From an uncultured virus (IMG/VR IMGVR_UViG_3300032116_000017) (taxonomy: Duplodnaviria; Heunggongvirae; Uroviricota; Caudoviricetes), in the IMG/VR virus record IMGVR_UViG_3300032116_000017: DNA of 51,108 bases. One strand, given 5' to 3'. The first letter of the stretch is position 1, and each line of letters starts with the position of its first letter. A model generated the notes under the pieces. It was given only the letters and a program-made list of their open reading frames with translations. It made no database searches and was not told the origin of the DNA. Below, piece after piece: positions 38,665-46,398 of the stretch. A program made the translations under genes and the position numbers.

Positions 38665-39184
38665 AATCTTCTTTATCTAATTTATTTAAGAACTCTAAAA
38701 CATCCGGAGTCACATAATCAAAATAAACCGACCTAAATGATTTTTTGATTTCCCTACCGTTTTCCTGTTCAGATTTTTTAACCATATCAATAAAGTCTCT
38801 AAAGTGGTCATAATCATGACGATATTCAATTCCATCTTCTAAAAAATCAGTATGCCAGTTTTCCATTTCTAAAGTAAATACAATAATCGTTCTTAATACC
38901 CAGCCATCATCTACTAAATAGCTATTTAGTGAAGTTAAATTATCGATATTTCCATAAAGATCTAAATCACATACTAAATCATAAAAAGTTCCAATTCCAA
39001 CCTCTACGGATTCATAAAATCCTTCAGCGACCATATCCGAAGTTGACATCCCCTCTGGTCTTTTATCTTCGACTCTAACTTTAACTGGAATATCATTATC
39101 AGAGAAATCTCTAAGAAAATCCTCTATCATGGTTTTATTAACCCCAACAGATTCAAATAACCTATATGATTTTAAGTATCTCAT
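38654..39184 (-). CDS. array family paralogue, closest to 38188
   Basis: MRYLKSYRLFES; EDFLRDFSD.DIPV; LY.NIDN..SL. Confidence 0.8.
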   Translation of the reverse strand: MRYLKSYRLFESVGVNKTMIEDFLRDFSDNDIPVKVRVEDKRPEGMSTSDMVAEGFYESVEVGIGTFYDLVCDLDLYGNIDNLTSLNSYLVDDGWVLRTIIVFTLEMENWHTDFLEDGIEYRHDYDHFRDFIDMVKKSEQENGREIKKSFRSVYFDYVTPDVLEFLNKLDKEDYED

Positions 39185-39233
39185 ATCATTATATATTAAA
39201 TAAACAAACTAAAACTTCAAACTATAAAATTCT

Positions 39234-39443
39234 ATGAAAGAGTGGTTAATCGGAACTCCTATTGGTGAAATGACAGTTGGTATTGATTTTTTCAAGACAG
39301 TAACAATAAAAAAGACTAAAGTTGTCGAAAATACTGTTTTTGTCACTTTAGATGATGGTCAAACATTTTCAATCTGGGAAAGAGATTTTACACTAATACA
39401 AAAAATTATTAGAGATTACAAAATTAATCAAATATTGTCATAA
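39234..39443 (+). CDS. small protein with C-terminal tag
   Basis: Ends IRDYKINQILS; AAAC-N17-TATAAA at 39202-39228. Confidence 0.7.
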   Translation: MKEWLIGTPIGEMTVGIDFFKTVTIKKTKVVENTVFVTLDDGQTFSIWERDFTLIQKIIRDYKINQILS

Positions 39444-39477
39444 AAAAAACCCACTCGATTAAAGTGGGTTTCTTTTT
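39442..39477. terminator. bidirectional intrinsic terminator
   Basis: AAAAAAAACCCACT...AGTGGGTTTCTTTTT. Confidence 0.8.
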
Positions 39478-39498
39478 ATATTTTTTAGTTATCTAAAA

Positions 39499-40104
39499 TC
39501 AGTGTTCTAATCTATAAACTAATTTTCTAGCCATTACAATAACAGCTAAAGCAATTGCCGTGATTATAAAAGAAGCAATCATAGGCATAACACCCACCAT
39601 ACCCATAGAACCAAATAATAAAGATAAAACTAATGCCAACGGAACCCCACAAGCATAAATATTTACCGCAAAAATATTTTGTAAAATAGCTAACACAGTT
39701 TGCACAATTCCCGAATCTTTAGGTAAACTACCTACTAAATTACCATCACCGGCCTCCTGTTCCATATGAGACTCATAACTTTTACCTGAATGTTCCTCAA
39801 CTGATTTTTCAATTTGTCTTCCAAATTTTAATTCAATCATCTTCTTAACATCACTAAAAGTGAATGAACCTATAGGACCAAACATCTTTTCTAAGTTATC
39901 TACAACTTTATCGACTTGATTATCAACTACATTTGCAATTGAATCACATAACTTTTCAATTGCCTCTACAAATTGATTATACTTATCACCTAAATAATCA
40001 ACTAAATCACCTATCTTATTTTTAATCCAGTTCCAAATGTCACCAAAAACACCTTCATTCATTGGCTCGTAATTGAAATTCTCATAAGTTTTAATATATT
40101 TCAT
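39499..40104 (-). CDS. N-terminal-motif protein with C-terminal TM helices
   Basis: MKYIKTYENF...MNEG; long hydrophobic C-terminus. Confidence 0.8.
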   Translation of the reverse strand: MKYIKTYENFNYEPMNEGVFGDIWNWIKNKIGDLVDYLGDKYNQFVEAIEKLCDSIANVVDNQVDKVVDNLEKMFGPIGSFTFSDVKKMIELKFGRQIEKSVEEHSGKSYESHMEQEAGDGNLVGSLPKDSGIVQTVLAILQNIFAVNIYACGVPLALVLSLLFGSMGMVGVMPMIASFIITAIALAVIVMARKLVYRLEH

Positions 40105-40148
40105 AACTCAATTTTTATTTTTACTCTTTATATATTATTTCTAAAAAA

Positions 40149-40829
40149 TTAATATTTAACGATAGGACCCCCTGAAATCTCTCTTAAACCGATTGTTGTT
40201 TCAAATTGATCAATGACCGATTTCCACTTTCTTCCATCAGATGTTAAGTCCCACGAGTTTTTATTATTCTCTGAATATAAAGGTCTAATCATTTTAACAA
40301 AATTACTCAGAAAAGGAGATATTCTATTCATATCACCAGTCTTACAAATTCTAATCATTTCTTTTAATGAAGTAGTTAGCTTATCTTGACTTAACGAATT
40401 AGACTTTAATATCTTACTATAACTATTAACAATAGGATTCAAATTCTTCTCTAAGAAATTAGGAAAATCTTTACCTAAATCCATCACACCAGATGATTGA
40501 GATGCTGACCCACTTGAAGAAACTAAATCCAGTGACAATCTTTTAATAACAAATGAACCAATCTTTAAATTAGAATCTTCAAATTCTTTAACCACATCAC
40601 TAATGTAATTCTTAGCCTCTTTTAATTCACTAAAACATAAATCAAGAAGCATCACACTTCCACTTGCTAAGACTAAAGTAACGGTATAAACCGAACTACC
40701 TGCCTCCTTTTTATCTATAATCTTTACAGAATATCCAGAAACTTCTTGTGTCTGTGACATAGAATCATCTTTAGAGGATGTGTAAAAACTACCTACTTTA
40801 AACTCTTCAAATATTTTTAACCTTTTCAT
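40149..40829 (-). CDS. hypothetical protein with N-terminal motif
   Basis: MKRLKIFEEF. Confidence 0.75.
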   Translation of the reverse strand: MKRLKIFEEFKVGSFYTSSKDDSMSQTQEVSGYSVKIIDKKEAGSSVYTVTLVLASGSVMLLDLCFSELKEAKNYISDVVKEFEDSNLKIGSFVIKRLSLDLVSSSGSASQSSGVMDLGKDFPNFLEKNLNPIVNSYSKILKSNSLSQDKLTTSLKEMIRICKTGDMNRISPFLSNFVKMIRPLYSENNKNSWDLTSDGRKWKSVIDQFETTIGLREISGGPIVKY

Positions 40830-40860
40830 AAATTATATATTACTTATCAAACCTTAAAAA

Positions 40861-41766
40861 CTAATTAGTAACCCATCTTAAAAAAACACACGTATCATAA
40901 CCGGGATTCTCACCACCACCATCATACCAGTTAGCCCTAACCTCAAACTTAGGAGTATCTTTATCTCTACCATCCGATTCCCACTGAGGTTTAAATCCCC
41001 ACTGACTAAGATAGTCTGAAACAACATCTATAACTTCTTGAACATCTGACCACTCAAAGCCACGATTCTCATCACGATCTCCCCACAAAACAGCAGATGA
41101 CCTTTCTTTAACCTCTTTCTTTAACTCTACTTGTATAACATTTTCACTAAGAACCCAAACACCCGAACGAATACTCTGAAAATCCAACTCTAATAACATA
41201 TCTCCTACAGTAGACTTAATCTCATCCGTTTCACTCTGAGTAAAACTCTCATTGAAAGTTTTAAAGAGATTCTTATCACTAAAAAATAATTCTATCTGCT
41301 CTACACGCTTACCCTCACTAATAGCTATATCTAACCTCTCAATAGTAACTGGCCATTGGTCTAAAAGAAAACGGTCTGGATCTCCAACATATCCACACTT
41401 ATTACAACGGGTAAAAACTCCCGGATAATTATCCTCAAAATCATCTGATAAACAATTAGGACAACCCACATAATGCTGCCACATATCACTCCAAAACCAA
41501 GACTCTTTCATTAAAAATAAACCAGAACTACTTAGATAATCTATAACATCTAATATACAATCTTCTACCTTAAACTTAAGACCATGTGTCTTTCCAATAC
41601 TTACTTTAACATACTCAACTGGAGTTCCACCTAAATGTGACCAAGAACCGTCACTTACTTTAACATTAATATCATTATCAGAATAATCTAATAACATATC
41701 ACTTATAATAGATAAATCATAATCCTTACTTTCATTAAATAAATTATATGTCTTTAACCTTTTCAT
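40861..41766 (-). CDS. two-unit fusion of array family domains (start revised to 41766)
   Basis: MKRLKTYNLFNES...SDMLLDYSD with CPNC/CNKC insert; internal LFKTFNES...GDMLLELDF. Confidence 0.8.
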   Translation of the reverse strand: MKRLKTYNLFNESKDYDLSIISDMLLDYSDNDINVKVSDGSWSHLGGTPVEYVKVSIGKTHGLKFKVEDCILDVIDYLSSSGLFLMKESWFWSDMWQHYVGCPNCLSDDFEDNYPGVFTRCNKCGYVGDPDRFLLDQWPVTIERLDIAISEGKRVEQIELFFSDKNLFKTFNESFTQSETDEIKSTVGDMLLELDFQSIRSGVWVLSENVIQVELKKEVKERSSAVLWGDRDENRGFEWSDVQEVIDVVSDYLSQWGFKPQWESDGRDKDTPKFEVRANWYDGGGENPGYDTCVFLRWVTN

Positions 41767-41767
41767 C

Positions 41768-42223
41768 TTAAAATCCGAAACCATATTTAATTTTATTGGA
41801 TTGAAACTCATCAAATCCCTTTTCAAACCACATTTCTATTCTAGAAGTGTATTGATTAGTAACAGCACTGCCAGTTGAATTCACATAAGGACCTTCGTCT
41901 CCATACTTAGGAGGCTGACCATGAGTTCCCTTATTAAAATTCCAATCAAATCCTTCTGATGACAAATACTCTCTTATAGGTGTCATATACTCTTTAATAT
42001 CTTCATATGTAAAAGAATCAATTACACGACCTTTGTAGGTGTTATAGGATGTTGCCTTACTAATTCCTATTCTAATATACTCCTTACTATCCATTCTACG
42101 AATAACACAATTAGTAGTATAATCTAAATCACTTATTTCTAATAACATATCCTTTATATTACTAACAATATCTAATGTATCATCAAATGACTCAAATAAC
42201 TTAAATGATTTAATTCTTTTCAT
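41768..42223 (-). CDS. array family paralogue
   Basis: MKRIKSFKLFES; KDMLLEISD; YLSSEGF. Confidence 0.8.
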   Translation of the reverse strand: MKRIKSFKLFESFDDTLDIVSNIKDMLLEISDLDYTTNCVIRRMDSKEYIRIGISKATSYNTYKGRVIDSFTYEDIKEYMTPIREYLSSEGFDWNFNKGTHGQPPKYGDEGPYVNSTGSAVTNQYTSRIEMWFEKGFDEFQSNKIKYGFGF

Positions 42224-42271
42224 TAAGTTATATATTAAAAATTACTGAGATTAATTCTGATTCACCGAAAG

Positions 42272-42308
42272 AAATTTTTTTGACCCTTTAAAAATTTTTT
42301 TGACCCTT
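42272..42308. repeat. 17-bp direct repeat, 20-bp period
   Basis: AAATTTTTTTGACCCTT at 42272 and 42292. Confidence 0.85.
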
Positions 42309-42374
42309 ACGTCGAAGACGAGTTAAAAATTTTTCCAACAGGAATTCTTACAACCCACCACCTCTAAACCTAAA

Positions 42375-42803
42375 CTACTTAACCACCTCTTTAGTAAAGA
42401 TAAGAATAAAATTTTCTAAACCACAGTTTCTATCAACCACTTCTTCAATATTATGTTCACTATAATAATACAACTCACCATCTTTAACATAACCATCGAT
42501 ATCTCCGAACTCCATATCATATCCATCATAGAAAATAAATTCAACCTGGTGCGACCAACCTTCACTTTTCATAAAAGCTATCATATCCTCTACGACATCT
42601 TTAATATCACTAAAATAAAATACCTTACCATTATTTAAAATAAATGATAATCTATCACTACTTTTATGATATGAAAAGGGTACAAACTTACTAAAATAAA
42701 ATCCTTTATCAGTCAATTCTAATGACATATCTTTAATAACAGATACCAATTCACTATTATCCTCTACACTCTCAAATAACTTAAATGATCTAATCCTTTT
42801 CAT
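42375..42803 (-). CDS. array family paralogue
   Basis: MKRIRSFKLFES; KDMSLELTD; FMKSEGW. Confidence 0.8.
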   Translation of the reverse strand: MKRIRSFKLFESVEDNSELVSVIKDMSLELTDKGFYFSKFVPFSYHKSSDRLSFILNNGKVFYFSDIKDVVEDMIAFMKSEGWSHQVEFIFYDGYDMEFGDIDGYVKDGELYYYSEHNIEEVVDRNCGLENFILIFTKEVVK

Positions 42804-43192
42804 CTTATAAACACCATTTCTATTTTACTACTAACATTATCGAATTGATAACTACCCGACGTAGATACAATAGGAACACCATTATAAGCCAGTGTGCCTT
42901 TATCCTTATGCCATTTAAAACCCTCAGATTCTAAATACTCTATAATAGGCTCTATAACATCTTTAATATCATTCCAACTATAAGAAGGTTTAAAACCATA
43001 ATCCTCTTTTCTAATTGCTCTTTTTGATAATTTAACAACAATAGCCTCATCATTTCCCCACAAACCAGGAACAAATGCCCACTTACTATCAATATCTAAA
43101 AAATCTAACTCTAATAACATATCCCTTACAGTAGATATAATCTCCTCGACATTATAACTAGACTCAAACAAACGAAATGACTTAATTCTCAT
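42800..43192 (-). CDS. array family paralogue
   Basis: MRIKSFRLFES; RDMLLELDF; YLESEGF. Confidence 0.8.
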   Translation of the reverse strand: MRIKSFRLFESSYNVEEIISTVRDMLLELDFLDIDSKWAFVPGLWGNDEAIVVKLSKRAIRKEDYGFKPSYSWNDIKDVIEPIIEYLESEGFKWHKDKGTLAYNGVPIVSTSGSYQFDNVSSKIEMVFIR

Positions 43193-43243
43193 AAACTATA
43201 TATTATATTATATTATAATAATAATAACACACCAAACTACCAA

Positions 43244-43591
43244 ATGAATAACACACTAACTCAATACCAACATAAAACACTACAAGAGATTAACTCTAAT
43301 TATATCAAAGACCTATTCAGATTCTTCTCATATGAATATACACAAATGTATAAAGATCCTAATAGAATAAAAGAAGCCATAAATAAACAAATAGAAAGTC
43401 GAATGCACAATACTAATATGATACTAAACTGGAGAATAACTATAGATGGTCCTACACTATCCGAAGTAAGAGATACTACTATACACAATATACTTAATGA
43501 TGATACTAAAAGACATCCAATCAAAATAGAGTTTATGTTCCAACAATCTAAAGCGCTAAATATCGAAATATGTGAGTTTATAATAGAATGA
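43244..43591 (+). CDS. hypothetical protein with an internal copy of the tag
   Basis: EVRDTTIHNILND. Confidence 0.65.
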   Translation: MNNTLTQYQHKTLQEINSNYIKDLFRFFSYEYTQMYKDPNRIKEAINKQIESRMHNTNMILNWRITIDGPTLSEVRDTTIHNILNDDTKRHPIKIEFMFQQSKALNIEICEFIIE

Positions 43592-43608
43592 TGTTGAATG
43601 TAAAATGA

Positions 43609-43818
43609 TTAATGAATCCCTAACTTCTTTAAGTTAATCTCCCTTAACTCTGCTTTAGTCGGCTTGGTCACATACCAACTATCATCTATTAAACTCTGAA
43701 CTTCTACCTTATCACATCTTAGACACCTTCTTCTAATTAAGATAAGTTGTCCTACTTTTAAGGACTGTCTAGTTGGAGTATAATACCAACGGTGGCGGAT
43801 TTTACAAAGCCATTTCAT
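43609..43818 (-). CDS. small Cys/His Zn-ribbon protein with C-terminal tag
   Basis: LCKIRHRW...RRCLRC; ends LREINLKKLGIH. Confidence 0.7.
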   Translation of the reverse strand: MKWLCKIRHRWYYTPTRQSLKVGQLILIRRRCLRCDKVEVQSLIDDSWYVTKPTKAELREINLKKLGIH

Positions 43819-43853
43819 AAAGGTTTTATTAGTTAGATAAGGTAAAGTTTATT

Positions 43854-44006
43854 GTCAGAATTGTGGTCGGAATCCTGTATTTAGGATGCAAAATTGGTTT
43901 AATTTATACAAAAAAGGGAACAGATTCTTGTATGGTTGTTTTTATTAATTACAGAAATCTGAACGGAATTTTGTAGGGGCTACAGGAAAAAGACCATATT
44001 TCTGTA
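43854..44006. repeat. cluster of degenerate 26-bp TACA(G/A)AAA...TTT(C/T)TGTA palindromes
   Basis: Copies at 43907-43932, 43950-43975, 43981-44006 and a weaker one at 43854-43879. Confidence 0.8.
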
Positions 44007-44136
44007 AGAATATGTGTTAAATCTATGTCATTCTATCAGTTTGTGTCAAAAGGGTTAAGTCAGCCATTACATTTACTTACATCTAAGCCATTTATTAAAA
44101 ATCAAAACTTGCGCAAATAAATCAGATATATATACT

Positions 44137-44325
44137 ATGAAAGAAGAAGATGAATTTGAAGAGGCCAAAAAAGAAAACAATAAGAGGTTTCGTATATGTG
44201 GCACGATAGATTATGACCTTTACAAGAGATTTGATAAGTATTGTGAAGAGGGTGGTTATGACCGCTCGAAGTTGCTTGAATTGATATTAAGAAAGTTTAT
44301 GGATGTTAAGGATGGCAAAGATTAA
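44137..44325 (+). CDS. ribbon-helix-helix (CopG-like) DNA-binding protein
   Basis: RFRICGTI strand, DLYKRFDKYCEE, GYDRSKLLELILRKF. Confidence 0.75.
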   Translation: MKEEDEFEEAKKENNKRFRICGTIDYDLYKRFDKYCEEGGYDRSKLLELILRKFMDVKDGKD

Positions 44326-44419
44326 GATTGACCGATGGCAGAATGACCTCGAGGAATATGGGCGTTGGAAAAGGTCTATGCGTCGTATTAAGAAGATAAT
44401 GCGTATATATGGAAAATAA
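44312..44419 (+). CDS. 35-aa basic micro-ORF (not in track)
   Basis: MAKIKIDRWQNDLEEYGRWKRSMRRIKKIMRIYGK; overlaps both neighbours. Confidence 0.55.
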   Translation: MAKIKIDRWQNDLEEYGRWKRSMRRIKKIMRIYGK

Positions 44420-44528
44420 TAAAAATGATTGGGAGCCACTCTCTAAGTCGTTTAGAGATAGTTTTAAGAATGGTTTGAGGACGAGGCGAGTTCAGAAGAT
44501 TATCCGCATCTTTAAGATTGATATATGA
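44409..44528 (+). CDS. 39-aa basic micro-ORF (not in track)
   Basis: MENNKNDWEPLSKSFRDSFKNGLRTRRVQKIIRIFKIDI. Confidence 0.55.
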   Translation: MENNKNDWEPLSKSFRDSFKNGLRTRRVQKIIRIFKIDI

Positions 44529-44665
44529 GTCATAGAATAAACTTTATAGAGAACCTTAGTCAAATGTACCGTAATAAGCGCCAGAGGTGGTTTATTAAGC
44601 GTAGGGTTTTGAGGATGGAGAAGTGTATTAGATTACTACAGAAAAATGAACGGATTTCTGTATAA
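44525..44665 (+). CDS. 46-aa basic micro-ORF (not in track)
   Basis: ATGA-coupled; MSHRINFIENLSQMYRNKRQRWFIKRRVLRMEKCIRLLQKNERISV. Confidence 0.5.
   Translation: MSHRINFIENLSQMYRNKRQRWFIKRRVLRMEKCIRLLQKNERISV
44637..44662. repeat. 26-bp imperfect palindrome
   Basis: TACAGAAAAATGAACGGATTTCTGTA. Confidence 0.95.
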
Positions 44666-44671
44666 ATAGGT

Positions 44672-45127
44672 ATGAAGGTATTTTGTTATGGATCTAATAT
44701 GAGTAGTAGAAGGATAACCGAAAGGTGTCCTAATTCCGTGTTTATAGGTGTAGCTAAGGTTAGTGGTTGGAAGTTAGTATTTAATAAAAGGAGTAAAGAT
44801 GGGTCTGGTAAGGCAAATTTGGTCTATATTGGTGGAGATAATCTGGTGTGGGGTGTTATATGGGATATATCAGAGGGTGATAAGGTACTATTAGATAAGG
44901 CTGAAGGTTTAGGATGGGGATATGATGAATTTAAATTGTTTGTTATAAATGATTTAGGTGAAGAAATTGAATGTGTTTGTTATATATCTACTAATGAGAA
45001 GTATTTGGATGGGGGTTTAAAGCCGTATGATTGGTATAAGGAGTTTTGTTTAGAGGGTGCTAGGGAACATAGTATACCTGAAGATTATATTTTAACGATA
45101 GAGAGTGTAGATGTTACAGAAAAATGA
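44672..45127 (+). CDS. gamma-glutamylcyclotransferase/AIG2-like protein
   Basis: FCYGSNM, VWGVIW, LDKAEG...Y, GAREH. Confidence 0.88.
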   Translation: MKVFCYGSNMSSRRITERCPNSVFIGVAKVSGWKLVFNKRSKDGSGKANLVYIGGDNLVWGVIWDISEGDKVLLDKAEGLGWGYDEFKLFVINDLGEEIECVCYISTNEKYLDGGLKPYDWYKEFCLEGAREHSIPEDYILTIESVDVTEK

Positions 45128-45140
45128 ACGGATTTCTGTA
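45115..45140. repeat. 26-bp imperfect palindrome, identical to 44637
   Basis: TACAGAAAAATGAACGGATTTCTGTA. Confidence 0.95.
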
Positions 45141-45180
45141 TAAATTAAAATAATATATAGAATATAAAAAATCAAACAAT

Positions 45181-45681
45181 ATGGCAAAAAGAATATTATT
45201 AAAAGAAGGTGGATTATCTGGTGTTTCTCCTACTGGATTCAAAATTTTAGGAATTAATGATGGTGGTAGTTTATCTTTAATTACAGGAACTACATCATCT
45301 GAAGTAGTTAATTTCAAAACAATTAAAGTGTCTTTAGATTCATCACAGCTTAGTTCTTTAAGTACATCTCCTATAAATACAGGTATTCCGACTCCATCTG
45401 TTGGTGATGCTATTTTTGTTGTTGCAGCATATGTTAAATATACGTTTGTTAGTGTTACTGCATCATTTACACAATTAGAGCTAGGTGATGGAACTGGAAA
45501 TGCTCAATTTGTATGGAATGGAGTTGATACTCAAAATGTATTTTCACCGATGATACCAACTGATATAACTGGTAATCCAATTGTTGATAATCAACCTTTA
45601 TTAATTCGTGCTAACAGTGATACAGTGAGTGGGGATTCATCTGCGGATATTTACATAACATATCAAATACTTACAATATAA
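45181..45681 (+). CDS. beta-rich putative virion/fibre-associated protein
   Basis: S/T/G-rich; N-terminus resembles 49373; AATATATA at 45152-45159. Confidence 0.6.
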   Translation: MAKRILLKEGGLSGVSPTGFKILGINDGGSLSLITGTTSSEVVNFKTIKVSLDSSQLSSLSTSPINTGIPTPSVGDAIFVVAAYVKYTFVSVTASFTQLELGDGTGNAQFVWNGVDTQNVFSPMIPTDITGNPIVDNQPLLIRANSDTVSGDSSADIYITYQILTI

Positions 45682-45775
45682 TCTGTTAAATAATAGTAAG
45701 CAGGTTGGAGTCTACACTCCAATCTAAATAGACAGCCCTTTCACTTATACAAAGATAGTGTTTATATTTGTATAA

Positions 45776-45801
45776 TACAAAAATCTGCACGTTTTTCTGT
45801 A
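45776..45801. repeat. 26-bp palindrome variant
   Basis: TACAAAAATCTGCACGTTTTTCTGTA. Confidence 0.85.
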
Positions 45802-45814
45802 TATTTCTTATTAG

Positions 45815-46342
45815 TTAAAATAATTCGAAGTTAGAGATTAAGTCTAAATAAGCTTCTTTGTTGAATTCTGGTGCATTATCATTAACCAATTGGGTATATC
45901 TACTATTTTTATAGGTATCGTCTGTCAGGTTCAATTTATTAGCCATATCGAGGTAGAATTCATTAGCATCGGTAAATGAATTAAACATAAAGGTGTGTTC
46001 TTTTTTATAGGTGCCAGAGTAAAGGACTTTTTCTGATCCTGTGATTTTAAAATCAGATTTTTCTTTAGGTTCATTAATAGTTACGACAAATTTATATCGG
46101 TATTGGTTTCCGATTTTATTAGCCATAGACATAGATGGGTATTCTTTATCGACTGATAAATCGTTTTCGGTAATGATGAATTTGCTTGATTTGATAAGGT
46201 CTACGTGTCCAGATTTAGTTCCACCGTGTGTAATGGTGAATAGTGATTGTAGTGGATAGTCGTAGAAGTTACCAGCGGCATCTGGTTTAGGGGTTATGTT
46301 TTTGAATAACTCTTTTATATGGTTGATTAGTTGGGTGTTCAT
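45815..46342 (-). CDS. hypothetical protein
   Basis: 175 aa; TATCTTTG at 46347-46354 (-) immediately upstream. Confidence 0.75.
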   Translation of the reverse strand: MNTQLINHIKELFKNITPKPDAAGNFYDYPLQSLFTITHGGTKSGHVDLIKSSKFIITENDLSVDKEYPSMSMANKIGNQYRYKFVVTINEPKEKSDFKITGSEKVLYSGTYKKEHTFMFNSFTDANEFYLDMANKLNLTDDTYKNSRYTQLVNDNAPEFNKEAYLDLISNFELF

Positions 46343-46372
46343 AATACAAAGATAAGGAATTAATTAATATAA

Positions 46373-46398
46373 TACAGAAAAATGAACGGATTTCTGTA
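46373..46398. repeat. 26-bp imperfect palindrome, identical to 44637
   Basis: TACAGAAAAATGAACGGATTTCTGTA. Confidence 0.95.

Noticed and set aside
41767..41826. Upstream extension of the 40861 ORF
   Set aside because: Overlaps the preceding gene; ATG at 41766 gives the family N-terminal motif and the usual TAAGATG junction
35453..43192. Diversity-generating retroelement as the source of array variation
   Set aside because: No reverse transcriptase and no near-identical TR/VR pair differing at adenines was seen
45690..45745. tRNA gene
   Set aside because: Only one short stem; no cloverleaf, T-loop or acceptor stem
43854..46398. 26-bp palindromes as a CRISPR array or integron
   Set aside because: Spacing is irregular (5 to over 600 bp), clustered copies are degenerate, and there is no cas gene, integrase or attC R-box pattern in the window
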